Positions 1 through 34,859 of a stretch of 64,000 bases of DNA are shown here, piece after piece. Position numbers and translations under genes: made by a program. The DNA is taken from assembly GCF_018977255.1 (NCBI RefSeq), contig NW_024704742.1, positions 107,882,001 through 107,946,000 of the forward strand, read 5' to 3'. How positions within the stretch are numbered: position 1 is the first letter of the stretch; the number at the start of each line of letters is the position of its first letter. This DNA comes from Callorhinchus milii. Lineage: Eukaryota. The notes beneath the pieces were generated by a model. That model was given only the letters and a program-made list of their open reading frames with translations. It did no database searches and was not told where the DNA came from.

Positions 1-739
1 ACTCCATTGTACAAGGGAGGCCCAACGTTCAACAATCAAGTTAGGAAAAACAGTGTGCATAAATTGATGTTTGCCACTATTTTTCCTAAACCATTCAAAT
101 CTGAATGTCCAGTTTAACTGGCCACCTTGCAGTCATCAAATATCGGGAATCTCCTTTTAACCTTAACAACTTTACCCATTTACAGAATATCACATTTGGA
201 AGTTTGCTGCTAGATATTTTACACTAGATTTGACCACTTCAATTCTAGCTTTCTTTTTAATGGAATAACTAAGTCCCAGGCAACATTACTACAATAGTTT
301 TTTTTAAAAAAAGAATATATAACAGAATAGTTTAAATGTTCTGTCTTATTAAATTTAAAAAGTACTTCTATGAAGACATCAGTGAAGTGGTTGGAGGTCT
401 TTTTTCTGAATAGTTACTGTTAGCAGTTATTGTGAGATTGGTCTGTTTTAGTGAAACTATTGTTTCTGGCCTTTTAGAGATTCTTATCTGTGAGCTAGCT
501 GATGCTGCACTGTCTGCACAAAAGGAAAACTTACTGCCATAAGGTGTAGGAAAAATGCCACAGCAGAGAATTTAGCTACGCCAAAGGTTTGGTTAAATAG
601 TCTAAAAGTTTCAATAGTTTGTGTAGAATTGTTTAAATACAGTAGTCTCTCTCTATAATGCTGTACTTGGGTGCCATGTAAAACATTTTTACAAAGCTCT
701 TGTTCATGTGGATTATGTGATTACGATAAATGTGTGTGC

Positions 740-1180
740 GATGAGGAGTTTAATCCACACAAAATTGAACTACGTTGCAAAATCAGTTGAATTCAGATCC
801 TCAGAAGCTGTGCTCAAGCTGTACAATGTTCTGATCAGGCTGCACTTCGATAAGTGAGTACAAGTACAGTTCTGGTCATGGCAACATTAGGAGGCCACCC
901 AGAGAGTGCAGAGAAGCACAATAGAGTTAATGCTCATATAAGGTGCTGAATGGAATAGAGTAGGTAAAGCCAGAACAGTACTTGCATGTTCAGCAGACCA
1001 CAAATGGATTCAGGGTTGTGCGGGGCAATTTTAGTAAAACACCAGGAAGTATTTCTTTACACAGAAGATAATTAATAGCTGCAATAGATTACCAGGAAAG
1101 GTGGTAGAAGCCACAAAACCTGGGTGGCATTCTGAAAGAATCAGATTAAATGGACCAAAAGCCATAAGAAGGTTACTCTC
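740..1180 (+). mobile_element. Decayed CR1-type LINE 3' ORF2 fragment
   Basis: Remnants of the LYxxLIRxHL...QFW, RVQR and RKYFFTQ..IN..N.LP..VVEA motifs. Confidence 0.6.
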
Positions 1181-1689
1181 CGTTAAACCATCAGCAATTT
1201 TGGGAGTTGAGAGAAGAGGAAGGAATCCATTACCTGTAGATAGCATCTTAGTGCCAGCTATTGCTGGTTGAATCAACAGTAGCCTTGCTGTTGCACAACT
1301 TCCTAATGTTGCTAATATGGTCTTAAAAAAACATGTTTGTGCAAAACAGATTACAGTAGAACCTTGATATAATGCACTTCGTTAGAAAGTGGGTTTACCT
1401 ATAGTTGGTTTGTGGAACCCAACATTTATTTACCAAAAAAATTCCAAAGAGTGCATAGAAAGGAAGAACATCCCCATGTATAAGAGTATCCACACCAAAC
1501 TGAGTTTCACTTAAATATGGAAATTCAGGAGATGTTTCAGGGGACAGCCTTTCCCCCCTCAGGGGCCAACCTCTCCTCCCTGATCCACATCGCTACCCTC
1601 CCTATTAGTCCCCCGCCTCACCCCCCACTTTCTGCTACCAACTGTCCTCTCCGCATCGGTCTACAAAACGATAGACCAATGCAGAAGTT

Positions 1690-3188
1690 TAAAAACCGCT
1701 GTCATCATTCCTGTCCTTAAAAAACTCTCCCTGGACCCTTCTCTACTCTCTAACTACTGCCCCATCTCCATCTTCCTCTTTCTCTCCAAGGTCCTGGAAC
1801 GAGTTGTTGCTTCTCAGCTTCGCTACTTCCTCTCCCACTATTCCCTTCTCGAACCCCTCCAATTGGACTTCCGTGCCGCCCACAGCACAGAAACCACCCT
1901 GGTCAAAGTGACAAATGACATTCTGTCCATCTGCGACCAGGGCTCCCTCTGCCTCCTCATCCTCCTTGACCTCTCTGCTGCTTTTGACACCATCGACCAC
2001 TCTGTCCTCTCCTCTCACCTCAAACTCCAATGCACTGTCCTTGACTGGTTCAGATCGTACCTCTCACACCATTTGCACTTCATCTCCTCAAATGGCTTCT
2101 CCTCTCATCTCGTGCAGAGTTCCTCAGGGCTCTGTCCTTGGTCCCCTCCTCTTCAACATCTATATTCTCCCTCTTGGTGACATCATTCGCAGACATAGGG
2201 TCAACTTTCACATGTATGCGGATGACACCCAAATCTACCTCTCTGCCTCCACCCTTGACTCCAGGACCACTGCTGTCCTGACAGAATGTCTGTCAGACAT
2301 CAAGTCCTGGATGAGAGCTAACTTTCTTCAATTGAACGTCAATAAGTCCGAGGCTCTCTTGATTGGCTCCCGTCAGCACCTCCTCACCTCAGGTGCTGAC
2401 AGTATCACCATCCATGGTTGCACACTCCACCTCACTGAGCCAGTCCGGAACCTTGGCGTCTTGTTTGACCCTCAACTATCCTTTCTACTCCACATCTGTG
2501 CCATGACCCGCTCTGCCTTTCCCCACCTCCACAACGTCGCCCGGCTCCAACACTGTCTCACACCGCAGGCCACTGAAAACCCTCATACACGCCTTCATTA
2601 CATCGAGGCTCGACTATGCAAACTCACTGCTTGTTGGCCTCCCCTACTCCTCCCTCTACAGGCTGCAGATCATCCAGAACTCTGCAGCCCGTGTTCTCGC
2701 CCGCACTAGGCTCCCCGACCCTATCACCCCCAACCTTGCCCAACTCCATTGGCTTCCCATCACACAGAGGATACAGTTCAAGATCCTGGTCATCACCTTC
2801 AAAGCCCTCCATGGTCTTGCTCCCCCTTACCTCTCTGACTTCCTAAACCCCTACCATCCTGTTTGCTCCCTCCACTCAGCGGGCTCCAGCCTGCTTCACA
2901 TTCCCTGCCTTGCTCGCGCCCCACTATCGGCAGGCGGGCCTTCCTCCCCTCTCCACTCACCCTCTGGAACTCCATCCCACAGTCCCTTCATCTTGTCCCC
3001 TCGTCGTCTTCAAGACCCGCCTCAAGACCCGCCTCTTCGACTGTGCTTTCGATCTCCCTACTTTCCCCCTGTCCTCCCCCTTCCCCACCCCGACCCTTAG
3101 CTGGGGTCCGTATCTCTGTCTGCCCAGTGCCTTGGGACGTCCTCCCGACGTGAAAGGCGCTGTATAAATCTAATTTTGTTGTTGTTTG
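1690..3188 (+). mobile_element. L2-clade LINE, 5'-truncated, frameshifted RT and 3' tail
   Basis: [43 protein letters not shown]; tail GGGACGTCCTCCCGACGTGAAAGGCGC plus (TTG)n. Confidence 0.92.
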
Positions 3189-3189
3189 T

Positions 3190-4200
3190 TGGAATGGAAT
3201 GTACACTCTATCCTTGGAAAGACATATTCTGCTTACCTAATTTTGGAGAGTATTAGACGCAGGTTGGCAAATGCCAAAGCTTGGAGAACCCCAAACCACA
3301 TAGCTTGCCGTTGAGAGCACTGCCTGGCAAGCTTCCCGCTTCTTGTTCAGCTAGGACCACCCTACCCATTAGGGCTTTGGCTTGCAGGGTTATCGAGAGC
3401 TGAGTGGGAAGAGTCCCCACCTCAGTGACTGGTCTGTCCTTCCAAGTCCTGTCGATGAGCCAGCCGAGGTGCGCTGTCACCAGGACTGCCTGGAGTACTG
3501 CAGTCCTGACTGGCTCAGGAACTGGACTACTGAGATTGCCACGGTTGGTTGGCTCGATTCCAACATTCCATTGCCAAAATGTCACCTTGGAGCCATTTCA
3601 GGTCCAAGGAGACCTGCTTACCTCCTCTCCTTTACCCCACCACCCACCCCGAGGATAGGCACTAGTTGTTCACTTGACATCCGACTTAAGCATGGGTTTG
3701 AGTTCTCATTGTGTGGATGATAGGTATCAGGAACTCCCAGGGAGCTTCTTGATGGGCGACACAGTTCAGCATGAAATGTGTGAGAGCATTGCCACTATCT
3801 TCCTGTCTATAGCTCGAACACATATGTTTTCCCATTGAGTGATGATTCCACCAATTGAAGGTGCGGAGCTTAAGCAGCAGATGATTATCTCTCTGCAAAC
3901 CAATCGAGGTGGATTCCAGACGCTGGATATACGAACTCGGACTCCAGGTAACACCTTCCAGCAGCTGTCGCCCCAAGCCTTACAGTTTTCTCATCAGCTA
4001 TCTGGTGGACATCTGCCTTCAGGTTGTGGGAGGACAGGACAGCTTGCAACCTGCCAGCCACCTTGATGTTTTTGAGGTCCAAGTCCAATGCCGTGTATCA
4101 AGATTACTGAACACCAGCTGTTTAATCCAGGTCCTCATGTGAAGGGCCTTGACAAATACTTGTGTCTGCTGTCAAGCCGACTCCACCACAAGGGTGCTTA
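3190..4200 (-). mobile_element. Unclassified decayed non-LTR-like element (continues at about 1450-1530 beyond the L2 insertion)
   Basis: Homologous copies at 24455-24740, 33815-34020 and 57970-58260; degenerate LKLRT...C..[C]...HF.LNC C-terminal-like motif on the - strand. Confidence 0.5.
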
Positions 4201-4930
4201 GCGACAGATCAATGTAGGTCAAGTCCGCCCTCCCTGCATTGGCTTCTCGTGTTTGCCTCAAATTCTTGGCACTGACAATGCAACACATCCCTAGCACTGC
4301 ATTGGAGTGTCATCTTCGACTATATGAGTTCAAGTCGACTTGGAAGGGGTAAGAGCGCTGCTAAATTGAGCCAGGCTGACACTTAGTCCAATTTCAGAGC
4401 AGGAAAAATAAACCTAAATCAGGCTACTTACCTTTAATCACTTGACAATTTTCTTTCCCGCAGTATGAGCTGTATATTGTCATATAACCTAAAAGTCAGA
4501 TTTTTTCACCTTGTAAATAGAACATTGAGTGTGAAGTTTCAGAATTTTGTGTTTCACTTGTGAAGAAGTGCTTGCAGTATGCTTGATGGTATGAGTCTGT
4601 CTTCACTGGTGCAATGAACGTCCTATTCAGAGGATTTCCACATATGATACTGGGAATGGTTCGAGAGAGAGACTGGTGTATTTTCACACGTTCAGAAGAT
4701 TATTAAAGATAGATTATTTAAGTCAAATAGTGATTTCTGTGTTCTAGAATTATGTATTTTTTATATGTATTAATGTTTGCTGAACCTTAGATCTACAAAA
4801 CATTTGAGGAGAATGAAAAAATTAGCTAGATTTAGGTATTCCTACACAGGTGAAAGATACAATAATGTATAATGTACATCTTCCTAATTTGTTGGGGGAA
4901 GTGGGCAGTAATGATTCTGCAGAATTTTGA

Positions 4931-28087
<23,157 letters not shown>

Positions 28088-29465
28088 CAGGACGAGTGAT
28101 GCCATGTCTTCACCCAATGCAGCCATAAAAAAAGAACACAGTAAATGCCTTACGTGACTTAAAACATGCAGACGAGAGCTGCTACTTGCAGTATTGTTGC
28201 TCCTCCTTATAGGTTGCAAGGTTGATATCTCATAAGAAGAAAATATTTTTGTATCGAGATTAATGCTGCACTGTGCTACATACCGTGGCATGTTGTCTTA
28301 TTTTCTCTTCCTGTTTTTTTAAATCAGAGATGGACATGTTTACTACTGCATATAATTGAACACTGCCCCAAACACACTGGATCATAAGTATTCACCCTCC
28401 CAACAATCTGGAGGCTTTTCGGCCCAACTGACCTGAATAATGTTTTGAAGAACGACAGAAAATGTAAATGACCCGCGTTTGATCGCACGATTATGCAGGA
28501 GTTTAGGAACGGAGTCTAAATGTAAACTTGAAAAAGCAGAGGACTCGGGTTCACCTTCCAAAGCTATTTGTATTGAGACTGTTTACATTTTACACTGCGA
28601 CCACATTGCCAGTTCTCAGCAAGCTTGAATATTTAAATTCTGTACTTACATCTGTAAAATAGCAGGGTTGTTGTTTTGTTGGTGATCAATTGTGTAATGC
28701 CTTTGAAGATATACTACTGTAAATTATTGTAAATTAGTGGATCGAATCTGAGCTTTTTTTTCCTTCTCAGGCTTTTTTGACTGTTTTCCGTTCCCCACCT
28801 ACTCAGGCCTTCACTTCATAAATATAAAATCCGTGTACTACAGTTTTTATGAATTGTCTGGATGAAACATTTTGCTGTTTAGAATGTAAAAGGGGAAAGG
28901 GAAAATCAATTCCATTATATTTAGCCCTCTAGTCCTTTTTTATTGGTAACTTGTATTAGAAACGTGTTTACTTTAAAAAAAAAGTCTGTGTTGTGATTGC
29001 TGTAGTAACTAATAATGAGAAGAAATTCCTTTCAGATCAAGTTATTGTCACAGATTATAGTTTGAGATACATTTTATAAGATGACAACTTCTCCCTCCCC
29101 TGAAGATCCCATCCTCAACAAGAACAATAAAGTGAGCTAAAATTTGATGCAACACCTTTCCCACACTTGTTTTCCCTATTAAACTGGGCAATAATACTTA
29201 AATGATGTGCTATGCAGTCAGATGAATTTCCAATGTATTGGTAAACTAGGGAAATTAGATACTGTTATAATGCACACTGATGTAAATAGATACTATATAT
29301 TACAAATTAAATTTACAGAGAAATAATATGTGGATTCTAAGACGATCTTTTTCACTGTGCAAGAAAACGTCAGGTTGATGCAACCCAATATGTTGCTTCA
29401 ATACCCTTTTTGTTTTGCCAGAACATATCTCAGACTTTTTAATAAAGTAATTTTGTAACTTTCCC
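28088..29465 (+). other. CHD1: CHD1 3' UTR (approximate end)
   Basis: TE-free AU-rich stretch after the stop codon; AATAAA at 29126-29131 and 29441-29446, the latter followed by U/GU-rich sequence. Confidence 0.6.
29441..29446 (+). terminator. Candidate CHD1 polyadenylation signal AATAAA
   Basis: Canonical hexamer near the end of the TE-free UTR block. Confidence 0.55.
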
Positions 29466-29759
29466 ATACAAATGTGTGATTTAAATTGGTAAACATCTAG
29501 AGTTGTGCCAGGTAATACTAAAGTATGCCACTTAACTATTTAAATTTTATTTTCATTAACTTTGGGACCAGGTCTGAAGTAATCCATTTGTACAAATATT
29601 TACTTGTAATAATTACACAGAAGAGACTAAGATTTTTTAGGGCAGGAAAGGGACCAGCAGGCCAATGATTTTTGATGATCTTTAACATTCGTTTCACAAT
29701 CCTCAATCTATTATTTTTATTGAAACACGTTGAGTTGTCTTTCGAATCCATTTAGATAA

Positions 29760-30910
29760 TTTTGGTGACCTTTCACAGTAACTCATTCCACACAACTCTT
29801 TTTACACAATTGATTAAAAATTATGTAAAAACAGTTACAGCTTCCTTCCCTTCTTACTCTCAACTTCCACATTTCTGTTATGTGTTTATATCTTTTACAA
29901 TGGTGAACAAGTTGCTAGATCATTCCTTGTCCCTCATAAATTTTTAAATGTGCAATCAACCATCTTGCAATTATTTTCCCAGAGATCAAGCTCAGCTTTT
30001 CAGCCATGTCTCATAACTAAGGTCTAGTATTTGTTTGTTTGCTCAAGGGCAGTCATTTACATTCTAAGATTATTGTATGTTATTTTCCAGATCTGACAAA
30101 GGCCTTATTCAATCTAACCTCGTATCTATTTATCATGCCAGCAAAATATCCTATTTGCCTTTTTTAGTGCTATAAAACACTGGAATGATTGTCCCATTGA
30201 TTTATCCACAATAATCTTAGATCTCTATCCTGATCAGCACAAGGTTCAACGGATGACACTCCCACACTTCCTTATTCCACATTACTATACATATTATACT
30301 TCCAATCTTAAACCACATGTTCTATTTAAAAGCCCAACTACCCCAAATATTCAAATGCAAAATCTGAATAAATTTATCACCATTTGGTTTCTTCCTGTTT
30401 GGTTATTGTCATCTATAAGCATTATGATTTTGCTTAGAATACACTTGGACATATTTTTTAATCAAAATTATTAGAGGTTTCACTTGCAACCTCTTTCTAG
30501 CTTGAAAAGTTTCAATTTCTGGCTACCATGTGTTTCCTTCTTTAAACCAGTTTTTGTCTGAATGGGCACTTAGCGAACCTTTCAGAAAATCCAAGTTGTG
30601 TGATAACAGCATTGCCTTTGTTAACCATATCAGTAATTCCTTTCAAAACAAATTCCAGGCGGTTAGCTGAAGATGATTTTCCTTTCCTGAATTCAGAATC
30701 CTAGTCATTTAAAGATGTTATTCATTTCCAGCTGTTCGCCTTCTATCTCTCCAAAGTTTTTCTCTAAAATTGATGTGAAATGTACTGCCTTGTAGTTTCC
30801 AGGTATTGTTCTTGACACTTTATAGAGTGATTTTAGCTATTTTCCCAGCCTCAGGAATCTCCTGAATTTAGCAAGAGTACAAAAATATTAGTTAAAGCAA
30901 CATTAATTTC
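29760..30910 (-). mobile_element. Heavily decayed CR1-like LINE
   Basis: Reverse-strand remnants resembling CR1 RT and C-terminal motifs. Confidence 0.45.
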
Positions 30911-31948
30911 AGTCCCCATCTCATGTGGAGGTGTCAGTATTACAATGTATTGTGATATGTGGTATCTGATTTTTGCCACGACCTCCCAAAAGACTACCAC
31001 TGATTTATTCTGACAATTGTGCTAATTGTGATAAATCAGCAGGAACACAATTGTTTCCTTCGACCAACCAGTTTTGGAATACCATAAAACAGATTTAAAT
31101 GTACTATTATGGTCTATTGACAATACTGTTGTGTAATATGAGTAGGAGTTATATGGCTGCACATTAATCAAATGATTCTATTGAAGACTTGAATGTTGTG
31201 AGGACCTTGAGATCAAATGAAAGCATTATCTACCTTCCGAAGTGTAACAATCAGTTAATATAGGGTAACCCTGTTACAGTGCAGTTGTTTGTTTAGGTCC
31301 ATTTGCTCAGAGCTTTACAGTACTACAAATAGCCAGGTCACTGCTAACGTCACATCATGTGTACTATGTGCAGGATAAGTGACTGATGTACATAAATGTG
31401 AACATTTTGCCCACAAAACGCACTCACTGCACTTTACAGTATATCCTTTGAAGTGTTTCGGGATGCCTTCCTGATGTGAAAGGCAGTATACCAAATGTAA
31501 GGATTATTATTATGAAATGATTTCAGTGGTACGTACTGCATATGTGCAAACAAAGTGATGACACCAATCTGACCACTTGGAAGTCAGTTTTTCATATGAG
31601 AAGTGGAGGTGGGCCCCACGGTTATGCTAACTGAAGCCGCAGGACGCCCATGTTGAAAGGAAAGGCAAAAAGCAGTAAGCGAATTGCTCAATAACCAACT
31701 GACACAAACAATGAGAATGGAAGGCGCTCACACCATTACAAGAATAATGAACATTTGCAAATACAAAAACAAGTTAGAATTTGCATTTTCATCAAGTTGA
31801 ATCGCACTTGTGTACAACAGTCAATGTCAGGAAAGTCCCTCAAACAGCAATGAGGTGATAACCACTTAATTTGGTAAGGACAATGGAAACTTCCCTTGTT
31901 AAATTGTATCTTCACATCCACCAGAAGACAATTTAATTTCTGTTTAAC

Positions 31949-32268
31949 GTGGAGTCCTGTAGCTCAGTGGTTAGAGCATTCGCTTTGCAAGTGAGAGACC
32001 TGAGTTCAATTCCAGGCAGAGGGCGAAACCTTGGGCAAGTTTCCTTACTCCACACAGAGCCTAATAATAATCCCTCCAAAACCAAAAACAATAATAAATT
32101 GGTCATTTTCAATCTACGACTGTTTGTGGGACATTGCTGTGCGCAATTGGCTGCTGCATTCGCCCACAAATATACAGTCAATTCACTTTACAGTGTGTTC
32201 TGTGAAGCGCTTTGGGACGTCCTCCCGACGTGAAAAGCGCTATATCAAATGCAAGGATTATTATTATT
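31949..32268 (+). mobile_element. tRNA-Ala-derived SINE, short young subfamily
   Basis: Intact A and B boxes; anticodon loop TTTGCAA; tail nearly identical to the L2 3' end. Confidence 0.93.
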
Positions 32269-33344
32269 AACGTCTTTTGAAAGATGACACCTCCCAACTG
32301 TAGGGAGGTGTTCTGAGGGAACTGCACTGCATTGGGACTTGAGCTCACTGTGCAGTCAACCTGCACAGTGAGCTCGAGTCCCAGTGCAAGACTTGAAACC
32401 ACAATATTCTGAGTTGACATCGAGAATGCTACAAGATGAAGCAAACTTATGCATTATGTAAGTAACTGAATTGAATGGTGCTCATGTGGTGTACTTCCAG
32501 CTGAAGATTTTTTGCAAATCGCTGGTTGACCGTAAAACTACTATTCGTTTGAGATGTTATTTCAGTAGTTTTGCATTTTTGCACAATATTATGTTTTAAA
32601 ATGAGTCTCATTAATGACAGTGAGGTTGAAAAGATTTTTGTTCAAAGTATCCATTTCATTCATGGACTTGCCCCTCTCTCTCTGTCATCGCCTTTGGTTC
32701 TATGCAGAGTGTCAGGCACTGTGTCCTTGCTCTCTGGAACTCACTCCAAAATCTCTTCAGCTTTTCTAAAATACCTTTACGCTTTCAAACCCTCTTAAAT
32801 GCATACCTCTTGGTCAACACACTTAAATTCTCACCCCTCCCGGTTTGCTATTCTTTGTTGTCTGAAATGTTTCAAAACATTCACCCACTTAAAAGGTGCT
32901 TTATAACTGCACGTTGCTGAACTGCGGCTAATTTCTTGTATAGGGATGGAGCAGGACACCACCCAGGTGAATGTTGCACATGTTTCGCTCTCCATGAATG
33001 ACGAAATAAAACACTTAGGTCTGGACTGAAGTTTAGTCTTTTCAAAGACTAAAACTGAAGTTTCTCTCTTCTTTCCCGCACCATTGTTTCACTCTATGTC
33101 AGTCTGAAAGCAAGAATGACCAAATTTAGGAAATCATGGAACTGTGGCAAATGGAGTGATAAAAGGCCTAGAGGCCATCAAATGAAGTGAAAACTCTCAG
33201 GAAAGGCAAAAAAACAAAAAAAATTAGGGGGAGAATATCCTGAAAAATTTCTCCCTCTCCTGAGAGCTCTGGAAAACCAAAACAGATATCTACATGAGAA
33301 TTTGTTTTGCTGGCTGACGCACGCTGACACCCATCACCATTGTT

Positions 33345-33465
33345 CCGGGTTCCTACTTACTGCTATGTAAACAGGCATGTGGAGTAAGAAAGCTTCCTCT
33401 GAATCAAACCCAGGTCCTCTTGTTTGCGAGGCGAGTGTGCTAACCACTAAGCTACAGGACACCAT
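33345..33465 (-). mobile_element. 5' half of a tRNA-Ala SINE, head-to-head with the next copy
   Basis: ...TGCTAACCACTAAGCTACAGGACACCA. Confidence 0.8.
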
Positions 33466-33489
33466 GTGGCTAAAATGGCTAAATGGTTC

Positions 33490-33805
33490 GTGGAGTCCTG
33501 TAGCTCAGTGGTTAGAGCACTCGCTTTGCAAGCGAGAGACCTGAGTTCAATTCCAGGCAGGGCGAAACCTTGCGCAAGTTTCCTTACTCCACACGCCTAA
33601 TAATAATCCCTCCAAAACCAAAAACAATAATAAATTGGTCATTTTCAATCTATGACTGTTTGTGGGACATTGCTGTGCGCAATTGGCTGCCGCGTTCGCC
33701 CACAAATATACAGTCAATTCACTTTACAGTGTGTTCTGTTAAGCGCTTTGGGACGTCCTCCCGACGTGAAAAGCGCTATACCAAATGCAAGGATTATTAT
33801 TATTA
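33490..33805 (+). mobile_element. tRNA-Ala-derived SINE, short young subfamily
   Basis: Near-identical to 31949-32268; anticodon stem CTCGC-TTTGCAA-GCGAG. Confidence 0.93.
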
Positions 33806-33814
33806 AAATCGCGT

Positions 33815-34080
33815 TGCTAACTGGCAGGCAAGCTTCCTGCTGATTGTTTATCTGGAACAACATTTCCTGTTTGGGCTTTGACTTACACGATTAATAGAAG
33901 CCAAGTGGGAAGAATCCCTGCCCTCATTGACTTGATGTCTGCCTCTCCAAGTACTGCCAATGAGCTAGGCTGGCCGGTCTGTCACCAGCAGTACTGTGGA
34001 GTACTGCAGACTCAACCTCCTCAGCAATCAGACAGCCAGGCGGGTCTGCAGTACTCCAAGGTACTGCTGATGACAGACCA
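33815..34080 (-). mobile_element. Copy of the unclassified repeat family ending in a fold-back inversion
   Basis: Colinear with 3320-3515. Confidence 0.65.
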
Positions 34081-34859
34081 TTCTGGATTCTGACATTCTA
34101 TTATCACATATGTCATCTTGAAGCAGAGACCCTCCCTATCCTGCCTTTCTCCAGAAAGATTGTCACCAAAATGAGTTCATTGTTATATCTCTCCCTTTCC
34201 CTGTTATAGAACGGTGGGCATGACACGGCAGGTTAGGCTCCCAATCTGTAGTTGCTGATCATCTTCTTTCAGAAATCTTTTTTTAAATGAGTGTGCTGGG
34301 TTTTATGCTATGATACTAATTATAAGGTTATTAGTAATCCTGGGCCCATGGCTATACACTATTAATATTAATAAAGCCCTGACCAGTCTATTATTTCCAA
34401 GCTTCAGATAGAGCGAGACTTTCTTTGATTCTCTAGTGCCATCAGCTGCAGACAGTATCTTTCATCCACATAAATTCTGAAGTGTTGCTGTATTGCTCCA
34501 GTGACCCTCTTGCTTTGTAACTGTCTGAGGGTCAAATTCAAATATTGCTCCAAAGTATTTTAGATGTGACTGCATGCTAAATATTTTACTATCTTAAAAT
34601 TATAAGAGATGATTAAAACATGAGCGAGAATATTTAATGGCTGGGAAAGCACTTTGATCCTGGCTTCTAACGCGACCCAATACAGTACTTCCAAGGCTTT
34701 GATTTTTCACTTGCAATTCTAGTCTGTAGATGTAGAATAAAAGCAAGAAACAGCCAACACTGGAAATGTTCCATCAAATTTTCTGAAAATATATTTTCCA
34801 AGAGAGGAGAAAAGCTTCAGTACAATATGTAATAGGATCATCATCAAGTTATAATTTGT

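Noticed and set aside
638..1400. TACAGTAG... Tigger/pogo-like termini at about 638 and 1352
   Set aside because: Both are in the same orientation with no matching inverted end; too short to call.
1863..2709. RT-like ORFs as a host gene or active retroelement
   Set aside because: Frameshifted, 5'-truncated L2 with no endonuclease domain; the same applies to 34856-35782 and 60474-61074.
31949..32025. tRNA-Ala gene (and similar heads at 33490, 39866, 63701)
   Set aside because: No proper acceptor stem or oligo-T terminator; always fused to a SINE body and tail.
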